Shown: positions 1-8,808 of the stretch, piece after piece
How the letters are laid out: every line of letters starts with the position of its first letter
How positions within the stretch are numbered: position 1 is the stretch's first letter
Origin: Candidatus Zixiibacteriota bacterium
GTDB lineage: Bacteria > Zixibacteria > MSB-5A5 > GN15 > FEB-12
Assembly (NCBI GenBank): GCA_040753875.1
Contig: JBFMDV010000027.1
Coordinates: 1-64,000, forward strand
Length of the DNA: 64,000 nucleotides
Direction: 5' to 3'
Position numbers and translations under genes: made by a program
The notes under the pieces: generated by a model
What the model saw: only the letters and a program-made list of their open reading frames with translations
What the model was told of the DNA's origin: nothing
The model's database searches: none

Positions 1-205
1 GATGGTGACGAAGGTTCTGGAGGGTGTGAAGTTCACAGACGGGATTGAGGACAGGAACACGAAAAACAATCAGATCGAAAAGCACGCTGCTTGAAAATCA
101 AATTTACACAACTCTTGACATGAGCTCTTATCCGAATACTTATATGGCACTGCGGATTACGTAACATTTGACAGATTCTATACTGCCTCCTTTGCTGGCG
201 CTAAT

Positions 206-511
206 GTGGCGGCGGCTGTAGCACCGACGCCGTTTGGGAAGACAAGTGCATTGAAAGGAACGCTTCAGTTAACAAGCAGGGCCCGTAGCGTCGATCGCGT
301 CCTGAAGTTAGCGCCGAGGTGGCTGGGAAAGGGTTATACCGAGATCAGTCCGGGTGTGTACAGATCCGCAAGCGGACTGAGAGGATTTCGGATGACGAGT
401 TCTGATTTGCTTGGAAGAGGTCTAGGCGGAGTTTCGCATGTGCATTTTGAGACCTATTTGACAGCAGGGGCAAGGTATGCCTACAAGAATTTCCATGTGG
501 CCATCTACTGA
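206..511 (+). CDS. orphan polymorphic-toxin C-terminal cassette 1 (5'-truncated; frame open from 95)
   Basis: Shares an N-terminal junction motif (N/D)VA-A-(V/I)-(A/T)-PTPFGK..A.KG with a second segment at 729..1136, after which the two sequences diverge. Starts with GTG at 206 and has no convincing RBS. Lies in an AT-richer island. Confidence 0.35.
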   Translation: MAAAVAPTPFGKTSALKGTLQLTSRARSVDRVLKLAPRWLGKGYTEISPGVYRSASGLRGFRMTSSDLLGRGLGGVSHVHFETYLTAGARYAYKNFHVAIY

Positions 512-520
512 GGTGGTACG

Positions 521-793
521 ATGAGTACCCGCCATGTTGCGAACGTGCCAATTGACTTCCAGAAGGATGGGATAGCCCAATTGCTCATGGAAGTGATGGA
601 GGCGACTGACAAGGACCGAGGCGCTTTCTTGTATTACCTTCTTGCTGATGGTGGCACCAACGGCTTTGACGATTGGTTTCCCGACAGACAAACGCTTGAG
701 GAAGTGGCCCTCGAATTATACGGGGTAGACCCCAAGTCTTGGAAAGAGTTTAGAGGGCCGTTTCCTGGCTATACCGGAGGGAGGAATCGATAG
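521..793 (+). CDS. small acidic protein, candidate immunity protein for cassette 1
   Basis: 90-aa ORF beginning 10 nt after cassette 1, on the same strand. It is acidic and cytoplasmic-like. The immunity role rests on position only. Confidence 0.3.
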   Translation: MSTRHVANVPIDFQKDGIAQLLMEVMEATDKDRGAFLYYLLADGGTNGFDDWFPDRQTLEEVALELYGVDPKSWKEFRGPFPGYTGGRNR

Positions 794-911
794 TGCCCAA
801 TCACCGCGCCCATTCGTCGCGAGGATTGAGAGGAATCCAACGAGCATAGGCGATGTAGCGCTTGCTATCACACCCACACCGTTTGGAAAGGCCGGAGCTG
901 CAAAGGGGCTG

Positions 912-1136
912 ATGACGCCAGCGAAATTCTTTGGGGCTAAGACATTTGCTGAAATGAAATCACTTCTAAATGCCAAGTATGGTGCTGCTGTCTTTGAAAA
1001 TAACAGATTCGCGAACTTTGTTACACCTCGTGGGCGTGTATTTCATTTACATATGGATCAATTTCATGCGCCTCACATTACGTCCTATATGAAAGGATTC
1101 AGCGAAAACGCGAAGACATACTTTCTTGCATATTGA
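912..1136 (+). CDS. orphan polymorphic-toxin C-terminal cassette 2 (5'-truncated; frame open from 729)
   Basis: In-frame translation upstream of the called ATG reads ...GDVALAITPTPFGKAGAAKGLMTPAKFFG. About 12 of 20 residues match the cassette-1 junction, and the C-terminus is divergent. Confidence 0.35.
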   Translation: MTPAKFFGAKTFAEMKSLLNAKYGAAVFENNRFANFVTPRGRVFHLHMDQFHAPHITSYMKGFSENAKTYFLAY

Positions 1137-1443
1137 GGTTCAAATGAAGAAAATGAGAGTCCTCATCAAGGGCGCTAATGCCGACCTGAATTACTTGATT
1201 GAACAGATAGAGCTTGCGCGTTCACTCAGTTGGAAGGAAACTAATGAGATAGCGTACTATCATCATTGTATGATCTGTGGCTACACGTTCAACCCAAACG
1301 ACACATCACAGAAATACCACGCAGGTTCTTCGAGCTCACGGGCTTGGCTCGATCCAGACTGTTACCAACGGTTTATCGTTGCAGATGGGATTCCGGATTT
1401 ACTGGATAAAGCTTTTGAAGTAGACGAAGAATCGACAATGTAG
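1126..1443 (+). CDS. small protein, candidate immunity protein for cassette 2
   Basis: 105-aa ORF overlapping the cassette-2 stop by 11 nt, on the same strand. The immunity role rests on position only. Confidence 0.3.
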   Translation: MHIEVQMKKMRVLIKGANADLNYLIEQIELARSLSWKETNEIAYYHHCMICGYTFNPNDTSQKYHAGSSSSRAWLDPDCYQRFIVADGIPDLLDKAFEVDEESTM

Positions 1444-1965
1444 TCAAAATCGCAGCCTTGAGCGAGTAAGTGAGTGGTAGCCCGTAGCACATCTGCAATG
1501 ATGTTTGTCAAGGGCTGTGGTAAGCGTGGCATTCCTTATGACAACGGTGTCCTCCTTGCCACTTTCGACCAAAGGGACAGCGTGAAAAAGCTCTGCACAT
1601 CACGAGGCGATTCCGTGTCGTGACATATGATCATGGTCATCGGTGGGAAGACAACATTCTCCTCCGCAACCGCATCGGTGTGATAGCAGACCATCGCTAC
1701 TGTGGCAATGAGACGATACAACCATATCAGATTCCCTGTTCGTACGAGCGAAAGTATAATGCGTAATCGTGTATCCATCACGGGATTGAGTGCCACCTGC
1801 TTCATTTCTCCTTTCGAGCTGTGGATCCATATAAGAGGACCAGGTATGCACAAGTCTAAACCTCTGGCGAGTGAATTTCACTTGTGATTGCTACCTCATA
1901 TCAAGTCAATCGGACACAGTAGCTCTTGGCGAGTGCCCAGTCAGTGAGCTTAGTGATTACCACCA

Positions 1966-2451
1966 TCACGACAACCAACAGACAAGGCGACTAGCGAACT
2001 CCAATAGGGCAACAATCGGCAGTCCCATTAACAGGTACCGACCACCTTTAACCCGAGGGAAGAACCGCTCGTACTCGTGTGACCCTGGGATCAGATTGCC
2101 ACGGAGGAAAGACGGCCAGAAGATCCTCTGTGCGTCAACCGCAGCCGACAAACCCATAACTCCTAAGGTGACCATCCACAATATAACTACTCCATACTGT
2201 ATCTTCTGACTGCACATATACACTCCGAAAACATCCCTCAATCCGACACAACGAATAAGAACGTATAGGGTCGGAATATACATGCCCAAGATGATCTTGC
2301 TGCGTAGCGCCCTGAGTTCGAGGATTCTTTTAGTCACCCGAGTCTCACCAAGAAAACCACTCAAAGTAGAAGTCGAAACCGAAGCTAATCGATGGCGCGC
2401 CAATACTAAATCCTGCTCCACCTCCGCCGCCAAAATCACCGTAACCTCCAA
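1966..2451 (-). CDS. small hydrophobic membrane protein, candidate immunity protein for the Rhs C-terminal toxin (true start probably an internal Met near 2280)
   Basis: Lies immediately downstream of the Rhs C-terminal toxin on the same strand. Contains two or three predicted transmembrane helices. The N-terminal part of the ORF overlaps the toxin end, so the start is uncertain. Confidence 0.3.
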   Translation of the reverse strand: MEVTVILAAEVEQDLVLARHRLASVSTSTLSGFLGETRVTKRILELRALRSKIILGMYIPTLYVLIRCVGLRDVFGVYMCSQKIQYGVVILWMVTLGVMGLSAAVDAQRIFWPSFLRGNLIPGSHEYERFFPRVKGGRYLLMGLPIVALLEFASRLVCWLS

Positions 2452-3766
2452 CGCCGGAGACTATTCCTGTTGCCTGAAAGTCCAATATGACGCCAGCATC
2501 CTGGTCTGGGTTATAGTCTATAACAGACCCAACAGTCACTACTGGACTTGGCGCTCCGACACCGAACCCTAAGCCAAGATGCGCGACTACTTGATCGTCC
2601 TTTTGGTCTGAATGAGTCCAAGTCCCTCCAATGCTAAGACCGATACCGGCTACCCCCGGTGCTGGCCAAATCGGGATGACGACGCTCACGTCGATAAAGC
2701 CCTCCTTGGGAGAACTCTTCGCGGGAGGTTCGCTGCCGGGCGGTCCGAACCAGATTGGGTCTTCTTTGTGTTCCCATCGTCTGTTTCCGTCTATCGTAGT
2801 GACCGTGGGTGTACGCCAACGGCCCATCCCAATCATCGGATCATTGCCATCGTTCACGCCAATATCATGTATCCAATCGGAGTGGTCTTGGTTTGAGTAA
2901 GACATGCCGGTAGGATCGCGTTTCCATGGGTTCACCCACTTAAAATCACTCTGTCCGGGTCGCCTCGTTCCAGTATTTGTGCTCGTCCAAACGAAGTTCC
3001 TTCCCTCACCGCGACAATTCTGGTCATAGTAGTCCTGCTGGTTCTGTGCCTCAATCGCGGCATTCTCAGCCTTATTGAACTCGCGCCAATAGGCTCGAAT
3101 CTCCTCTTCCGTCGGTGGTGGCGGAATCGGGTAGGCCGTTGTAAGACCAGACGGATCATAGAGCATCACCGGATTCCCCTCAGCGTAGCTGTACGGCGAG
3201 GCTCCTGCCGGAATAGGGTCAGGAGCCAGGAACCGTCCCAGTTCTTTCCCGTAATACCGCGGGCCAAAGTCCAACTGTGCCGTCTTGTCCAACTCTTTCC
3301 CTATAAACTGCCGATAGGTTCGGTTCGCTCCTGATATCGAGTAAAACCCACCATACGGGTAGTACTCCCACATTGCACAGGCCGGTACCCCGGTTCCCCT
3401 GACCACTCCATGCACCGAGCCGAGATAGTCCGTTACCAGGACGTTCAATGAATCCAGCGCCAGCGTGTAGTCCCGCCGCGCCAATAGTCGACCGAGACCA
3501 TAGATGTTCACCTGGCTCACGGAAATCGGGTTGTCCAACTCCAGCACCACCTGCCCGCCGGACCAGATGTAATATCGCACTTCTTCGCGGTTCTGCCAAT
3601 ACCCGCCACCGCCGGGGCCGCTGAGACCTTCCACTTGGCTCCCACTAATCGCAAGCGCCGATTCGCCCCCCGGTAACAACCCTTCAGTCCCGCCACCACC
3701 CGTATCCGGAGGAATGTACACCTGATACCGGTAAATCTGCTTTACTTTTTCGCCGCTCGAATTCAA
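2345..3766 (-). CDS. Rhs/YD-repeat core C-terminal fragment fused to an unrecognised C-terminal toxin domain (orphan, 5'-truncated Rhs)
   Basis: Contains terminal YD repeats and the Rhs repeat-associated core (YYPYGG..., RQFIGKELDKTAQLDFGPRYYGKELGRFLAPDPI, then the hallmark DPSGL at aa 204-208). A 265-aa divergent C-terminal domain follows (nt 2345..3142), ending in a Gly- and aromatic-rich tail. Only 473 aa long, whereas a full Rhs protein exceeds 1000 aa. Confidence 0.7.
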   Translation of the reverse strand: MNSSGEKVKQIYRYQVYIPPDTGGGGTEGLLPGGESALAISGSQVEGLSGPGGGGYWQNREEVRYYIWSGGQVVLELDNPISVSQVNIYGLGRLLARRDYTLALDSLNVLVTDYLGSVHGVVRGTGVPACAMWEYYPYGGFYSISGANRTYRQFIGKELDKTAQLDFGPRYYGKELGRFLAPDPIPAGASPYSYAEGNPVMLYDPSGLTTAYPIPPPPTEEEIRAYWREFNKAENAAIEAQNQQDYYDQNCRGEGRNFVWTSTNTGTRRPGQSDFKWVNPWKRDPTGMSYSNQDHSDWIHDIGVNDGNDPMIGMGRWRTPTVTTIDGNRRWEHKEDPIWFGPPGSEPPAKSSPKEGFIDVSVVIPIWPAPGVAGIGLSIGGTWTHSDQKDDQVVAHLGLGFGVGAPSPVVTVGSVIDYNPDQDAGVILDFQATGIVSGVGGYGDFGGGGGAGFSIGAPSISFGFDFYFEWFSW

Positions 3767-3771
3767 ACTGT

Positions 3772-3895
3772 GCCGTCAGCCGTCTCTGGCTGACGGCTGC
3801 CTCAAGCACGACTGAAGTCGGGCAGAGACGCCCGACTTCACCGCCGCTTCGCGCGGCTACACCGTATACCCCGTATCCCACAGCGAGCTGTGGGG
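3772..3895. repeat. cluster of GC-rich hairpins (palindromic repeat family)
   Basis: Three hairpins: gccgtcagcc-gtctct-ggctgacggc at 3772..3797, gaagtcgggc-agagac-gcccgacttc at 3814..3839, and cccacag-cgag-ctgtggg at 3877..3895. The first two are the two stem variants GTC(A/G)GGC of one family and carry reverse-complementary loops. Confidence 0.6.
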
Positions 3896-3907
3896 CACCC
3901 GTCCGAA

Positions 3908-5443
3908 TTACACCGTGTACAACTCCGTGATCTCGTTGTTGTCGGAGGCGTTGTAGACTTTGAACAGTTCCTGCGACAACGTCGTGTCGCGGATCAGGTT
4001 GATCCGGAACTTGTTCGCTTTCATCACTCGGTCGATATGATTCGTCCCGTTCTCAGTCAGAAACGAGCCGAGATTCGGGTTCACGATCAAATGGAACTTG
4101 TCGAACTTCTTCGCTGCCCGCGCCCGCAAAAACCACCGCTCGATCTTGGTCGCCATGTTCTCCTTGGACATGATTCGCCCCGCTCCGGCACAGTGCGGAC
4201 ACGGTTCGGACAGCGTATGCATGTGCGAGGGGCGCACCCGCTCACGGGTCATCTCGATCAGCCCAAAGTCGGTCACCGGATTGATCGCCCGCTTGGCGCG
4301 GTCATGACGAAACGCGTTACGGAACTCATCGTATAGCCGACGGCGGTTCTCGCGGCTGTACATGTCGATGAAGTCGCAGATAATCAGCCCGCCGATATCG
4401 CGGAGCCGAATCTGCCGCGCGATCTCGCGCGCCGCCACGATGTTTGTCTCGAAAATCGTATGCTCCTGGTCGCGGCTCCCTACGAAGCGGCCAGTGTTGA
4501 CATCGATAGTAACCATCGCTTCGGTCTGATCAATGATGATATAGGCGCCCTTCTTGATCCAGACTTTCCGTGACAGCATCTTTTCGATCTCCGGCTCCAG
4601 TTGATGCTGGTCGAACAACGGCGCGGTCCCCTTGTACAGGTGAATCCGGTCTTTGAGGTGCGGCGTCACCTGGCGCGCGAAGGCGATGATCTTCTTGTAT
4701 GCCTCGCGGTCATCGATGAGAACGCGCTGGACGTCGTCGGTGAACACATCGCGGATCAACGAAGTCACCATCTCGGCCTCTTTGTGGATAAGCGCCGGGG
4801 CGGGCATGGTGTCCGCTTTCCGTTTCAGTTTCGCCCAGAGCTTGAGCAGACGCTTGATATCCGCCTTGAAATCATCTTCCTGCTTCCCCTCCGCTTCGGT
4901 GCGGATAATCAGCCCGAACCCCTCCGGCCGGAGCGGCGCGACGATCTTCTTGAGCCGTTTCTTCTCCCCCCAATCGGTGATTCGCTTGGATACATGCACA
5001 TGGTCGTCATCGGGGACAATCACGAGATACCGCCCGGGAATCGAAATCTCCGAGGCGACGCGCGGTCCCTTGGTGGAGATTGGCTCTTTGATCACCTGAA
5101 CCAGAATCTCCTGATTCCGTTTCAGAACGGTCTCGATCCCTTGACGGCGGGTCTTGCGCACGATCTCGGCCGGTGCTTCTTCTTCGACATCTTCGGAGTC
5201 GAACCGTCGGCTGTAATCCTTGCCGATATCGGAGGAGTGCAGATAGGCTGCTTTCTCCGTTCCGATTTCGACAAACGCCGCCTGCATACCGGGCAGGACC
5301 GTCTTGATTTTTGCTTTGTAGATGTCCCCCACCATGCGTTCGGTGTCGGGACGTTCCACCTGCAGCTCGACCAGCTTGTCATCCTCGAGGATGGCAAGAC
5401 GGGTTTCGTACTCGGTGGAATTGATAAGAATTTCTTTTTTCAC
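3908..5443 (-). CDS. rng: ribonuclease G/E family protein (Rng-like)
   Basis: S1 domain followed by an RNase E/G catalytic domain (DFGLIEMTRER, CPHCAGAGRI). 511 aa. Overlaps fmt by 4 nt. Confidence 0.85.
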   Translation of the reverse strand: MKKEILINSTEYETRLAILEDDKLVELQVERPDTERMVGDIYKAKIKTVLPGMQAAFVEIGTEKAAYLHSSDIGKDYSRRFDSEDVEEEAPAEIVRKTRRQGIETVLKRNQEILVQVIKEPISTKGPRVASEISIPGRYLVIVPDDDHVHVSKRITDWGEKKRLKKIVAPLRPEGFGLIIRTEAEGKQEDDFKADIKRLLKLWAKLKRKADTMPAPALIHKEAEMVTSLIRDVFTDDVQRVLIDDREAYKKIIAFARQVTPHLKDRIHLYKGTAPLFDQHQLEPEIEKMLSRKVWIKKGAYIIIDQTEAMVTIDVNTGRFVGSRDQEHTIFETNIVAAREIARQIRLRDIGGLIICDFIDMYSRENRRRLYDEFRNAFRHDRAKRAINPVTDFGLIEMTRERVRPSHMHTLSEPCPHCAGAGRIMSKENMATKIERWFLRARAAKKFDKFHLIVNPNLGSFLTENGTNHIDRVMKANKFRINLIRDTTLSQELFKVYNASDNNEITELYTV

Positions 5444-6399
5444 AAATGCTCCCGAGCCTGGGTCACAGGCTCTCCCAGAACTTCCCCCGGTTGAAGTCTG
5501 AATCCGTTGATAAATGACACGCCGTCCATCTCCCCTTTACCTTCCGGCACCACTCTGGTCAGCTCGACAGCCGAATGGCTGCACTGCACCAGGAGTCGTT
5601 TGCGTTCGGCCAGTACGGTCCCGGGACGCGTGTCTGAATTTGTTGCGATGTCGGCCACGTTACAGGCCAGCACCTTGAGTCGTTTTCCCCGGCAACTCGT
5701 AGCGGCCCCGGGGCGCGTGGAGAGTCCACGCACAAAATTGCGGACATTGCGTGCCGGGAACCCGAAATCGATAAACGAGTTTTCCGGCGTGATCTTGGGC
5801 GCTGCGCCCGCCTGACGGTCATCCTGCTGGATCGGCTGAAGATTCCCGCTTTCGATCATCTCAAGCGTGCGCACCAGAAACGGTCCGGCCAGCGATGATA
5901 GCCGCGTGTAGAGCGTGTCGAAAATGTCGTCATCGTTGATCGCCACCTTTTCCTGAAGGATCATGTCCCCCGTGTCCACGTCCTTCCGCAGGAAGAAGCT
6001 GGTGAGACCGGTTTCGGTGTCGCCGTTGATAAGGGCCCAGTTGATCGGTGCCGCACCTCGATACCTGGGCAGCAGTGAGGCATGAACGTTCATGGAGCCG
6101 AGTCGCGGCAGGGTGAACAACCGTTCCGGCAGAATCCGGAACGCCACCACCACGAACAGATCGGCTTTCAGCTCCGCCAGCCGTTCGTACAGCTCATCCG
6201 ACTTGAGTGATGCCGGGGTCAGGACAGGCAGGCCGAGCTTTTGGGCATGCTGCTTTACCGGGGTGGTAAGCAGATGTCGTCCTCGGCCGGCCGGTTTGTC
6301 CGGTCCGGTCACCACGGCCAGGATGCGATGCCGGCTGTGGGCTAAATGATCGAGCGGACCCCGGGCAAACTCCGGGGTGCCCATATACACCACGTTCAT
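5440..6399 (-). CDS. fmt: methionyl-tRNA formyltransferase
   Basis: VVYMGTPEFA N-terminus and the SLLPRYRGAAPINWALING formyltransferase motif. Sits in the conserved def-fmt arrangement. Confidence 0.9.
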   Translation of the reverse strand: MNVVYMGTPEFARGPLDHLAHSRHRILAVVTGPDKPAGRGRHLLTTPVKQHAQKLGLPVLTPASLKSDELYERLAELKADLFVVVAFRILPERLFTLPRLGSMNVHASLLPRYRGAAPINWALINGDTETGLTSFFLRKDVDTGDMILQEKVAINDDDIFDTLYTRLSSLAGPFLVRTLEMIESGNLQPIQQDDRQAGAAPKITPENSFIDFGFPARNVRNFVRGLSTRPGAATSCRGKRLKVLACNVADIATNSDTRPGTVLAERKRLLVQCSHSAVELTRVVPEGKGEMDGVSFINGFRLQPGEVLGEPVTQAREHL

Positions 6400-6467
6400 A
6401 CTGGGATTAAGCGCGGACGGGCAACCTCATGTCATCGAGGCGCCGTATGGCATCACACTGCGGGAAA

Positions 6468-6974
6468 TCAGAGAGCGGCGGCTAATCGTTTCAGCCGCCC
6501 CTTCAACAGAGTTCGGGCGATCGGCGAAATGTAGTCAATGAACAGTTTCCCCTCGAGATGGTCATACTCGTGCAAAATTGCGCGGGCCACCATGCCCCGG
6601 GCCGTCATCTCAAATGACTGGCCGTTCACATCGAGCGCCCGGATGGTTACATGCGCCGGACGGACGATCTTCTGGTAAATCCCCGGAAACGACAGGCACC
6701 CCTCCTCGAGTTCAATGGCCCCGCTCGTGCTCACGATTTCCGGATTGATAAAGACCCTGAGGGATTCATTGATGTCGACGGCTGAGAGGTCGACAAGAAA
6801 CACTCGCCTTGGCACGCCAATCTGCACGGCAGCCAGGCCCAAACCCTGAGCTTGGTTCAGCGTGTCCGTCATATCGGACACCAAATCTTTTACACCCTGG
6901 TCGACAGTCTCGACCGGTCGGGATATTTCCCGCAATACCGGGTCGCCGTATTTGACGATCGGTCGCTCAGCCAC
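6468..6974 (-). CDS. def: peptide deformylase
   Basis: GIGLAAVQIG, EGCLSFPG and HEYDHLEG motifs. Confidence 0.9.
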   Translation of the reverse strand: MAERPIVKYGDPVLREISRPVETVDQGVKDLVSDMTDTLNQAQGLGLAAVQIGVPRRVFLVDLSAVDINESLRVFINPEIVSTSGAIELEEGCLSFPGIYQKIVRPAHVTIRALDVNGQSFEMTARGMVARAILHEYDHLEGKLFIDYISPIARTLLKGRLKRLAAAL

Positions 6975-7001
6975 GCTTACTCCTACACTACCTTACTGGC
7001 G

Positions 7002-7337
7002 TCACTTGTCCACCTTGGCGGCGATTGAGCTTCGGAGAAACTCCAGCTTGGTGTCATCGTTGATCTTCAGGATGATGCGGTTGCGCTCATCGTCGATCGC
7101 GAAGATGGTTCCAAACAGACCGCCTGAGGTGACCACTTTGTCGCCTTTTTTGAGCTCCGTTAAGAGCTTTTCATGTTCCTTCTGTCGTTTGCGCTGGGGG
7201 CGGATCATGAGCAGGTACATGACCACAAACATCAGCCCGATCCACACCAGCATGAGCATGCCGCTGCCGCCACCCGAATCGGGGCTTCCAGCCATCAACA
7301 GAAACCACTGATGGTTCAAAACAACTCCTGTACACAA
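7002..7337 (-). CDS. yajC: preprotein translocase subunit YajC (start probably an internal Met)
   Basis: MIRPQRKRQKEHEKLL..GDKVVTSGGLFGTI is the YajC signature, preceded by one N-terminal transmembrane helix. Confidence 0.8.
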   Translation of the reverse strand: MCTGVVLNHQWFLLMAGSPDSGGGSGMLMLVWIGLMFVVMYLLMIRPQRKRQKEHEKLLTELKKGDKVVTSGGLFGTIFAIDDERNRIILKINDDTKLEFLRSSIAAKVDK

Positions 7338-7496
7338 AGGTTATTATCGGCAGACCTGTTCAACTCCTGAACAGGTCCACGGTAACCTAATATAACCCTA
7401 TCAGCCGCAACGGCCAAGATAATAATCTTCTCTCTTAGAAACCGCGTTTTGGACGTCAAGTTCCGCCCATAGACAAGACGTGGAACCAGAAGCGGT

Positions 7497-7980
7497 TCAG
7501 CGCACAGCGAAACTGCGGCAGGTCACACGACCCGCCTGTGGCTGGGTCGTATAGCGCGCCGTTCTCGGTCTGACGGCTCCGTGTATGTGACCAGGTGTCG
7601 GGCGGGGACGCCCGACACCACCACCCACCACGAGATTGTCATTCCCGCGCACGCGGGAATCCAGCCGAAGCCAATGCTCTGGATTCCCGTTTTCACGGGA
7701 ATGACACACCGACAATCCCGCCCCAAGGGGCGGGGTACCCCACCGTCATCGGCCTGATCATAGACGAAGGCTTGCAGTGTGAAGTGTTCAACTGTGCCGT
7801 CAGGCGTCCCCGCCTGACAGCCCTTTTCCAACAAAAATAGTGTCGGGCGGGGACGCCAGACACCACTATCGAAACCGCATCTGGTTTTGCCACAGTGCAC
7901 GTTGATGTCCTTCTCCCTTTTAGGGAGAAGGTGCCAAAGGCGCCGTCCCGAGCATAGTCGAGGGGGCGGATGAGGGTCTC
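7497..7980. repeat. about 480 bp intergenic train of distinct GC-rich hairpins and nested palindromes
   Basis: Hairpins at 7594..7619 (ggtgtcgggcg-ggga-cgcccgacacc), 7641..7660, 7683..7702, 7717..7734 (cccgcccc-aa-ggggcggg), 7797..7820 (ccgtcaggcg-tccc-cgcctgacag), 7840..7863 and 7909..7931. A nested palindrome gattgtcattccc...gggaatgaca..acaatc spans 7634..7712. No ORF with coding character. Confidence 0.6.
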
Positions 7981-8616
7981 ATGCGTTTCAGTATCCCCTT
8001 GACAATCACCGACTTCTTTCCCTTCTTTCGGGCAGGGTTTTATGGAGGAATCATTATGACGACTAAGACACGCACGCGCCGTTTGGGGCGGACATCGCTG
8101 CTCAGTGTTCTTGCGCTATTGGCGTTGCTGACTCACGCGCAGGCATTTGATGGAAAGCGGCAGGGCTTTGTTACTGGCATCGGCTTCGGAATGTGTCCGA
8201 TGTCTCACTGGGCAGCGGATAATTATCCGCGGGAAATGGCAGAAGCCGGGGTCGGCTTCAACGGCTTCTTTGGACTTGCTTGGGACGAACAGAATTTCTT
8301 GACGATTGGGATTAGCGGTAGCTATTACAACACGATAGAAGCAAGCTTTCAAGGCTTGAGCGCAATCTCCTGGTATCATTACTGGGGGCGGAAGAAGCCT
8401 TTTTTTACATTCGGCGGCGTAGGCATGTTGTCATTCTCTACTGGCTACTGGGTTGGCAATGGGCGCGGATTCGGGTACACAGCAGGAGCAGGGTACGAAG
8501 TAGTTCGACATGTTCAGGTGGGATTCTATTACATCGGCGGCCACACCGGCGCCAATTATTACAGCGACGTCAGTCACAGCGTGGTGAACCTGCTGGTGAC
8601 GGTGGTGGCGTATTAG
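7981..8616 (+). CDS. outer-membrane beta-barrel-like protein (start likely ATG 8056 with GGAGGA RBS)
   Basis: Signal peptide MTTKTRTRRLGRTSLLSVLALLALLTHAQA. Gly- and aromatic-rich alternating pattern and a C-terminal aromatic residue (VVAY). Confidence 0.4.
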   Translation: MRFSIPLTITDFFPFFRAGFYGGIIMTTKTRTRRLGRTSLLSVLALLALLTHAQAFDGKRQGFVTGIGFGMCPMSHWAADNYPREMAEAGVGFNGFFGLAWDEQNFLTIGISGSYYNTIEASFQGLSAISWYHYWGRKKPFFTFGGVGMLSFSTGYWVGNGRGFGYTAGAGYEVVRHVQVGFYYIGGHTGANYYSDVSHSVVNLLVTVVAY

Positions 8617-8808
8617 CAGGGCAGATTGTTTCGTAGCACACCCAACGGGTGATGATTTTCGGAGCGGCGCATAATGAACGTCGCAACGCATGACGCTTAG
8701 GTGATGACAGAGAAAGCAGAGCCCTTACGAATAATCCTCACCCGATGGGTGGGCTACAAACTTTGCGCTTTCGAGCGCTGATAGTCCATTCTGTAAAAGC
8801 AGCTTCAA

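Noticed and set aside
2345-2451. Overlap between the end of the Rhs C-terminal ORF and the start of the downstream membrane ORF
   Set aside because: I cannot decide from sequence alone whether the Rhs C-terminal domain really extends to 2345 or the downstream gene starts at an internal Met around 2280. This is reported as uncertainty rather than as a programmed frameshift.
4601-5494. 297-aa plus-strand ORF
   Set aside because: It is antisense to rng and spans the rng/fmt junction, so it is spurious.
7497-7900. ORFs 7497..7715, 7523..7900 and 7595..7840 inside the hairpin block
   Set aside because: They are low-complexity Arg/Gly/Pro-rich translations of palindromic DNA. They overlap one another in different frames and have no RBS.
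7497-7980. Possible CRISPR array or tRNA genes in the hairpin-rich intergenic regions
   Set aside because: The repeats are heterogeneous palindromes, not one direct repeat at regular spacing, and there are no uniform spacers. The hairpins are simple stem-loops, not cloverleafs, and no anticodon arm context is present.
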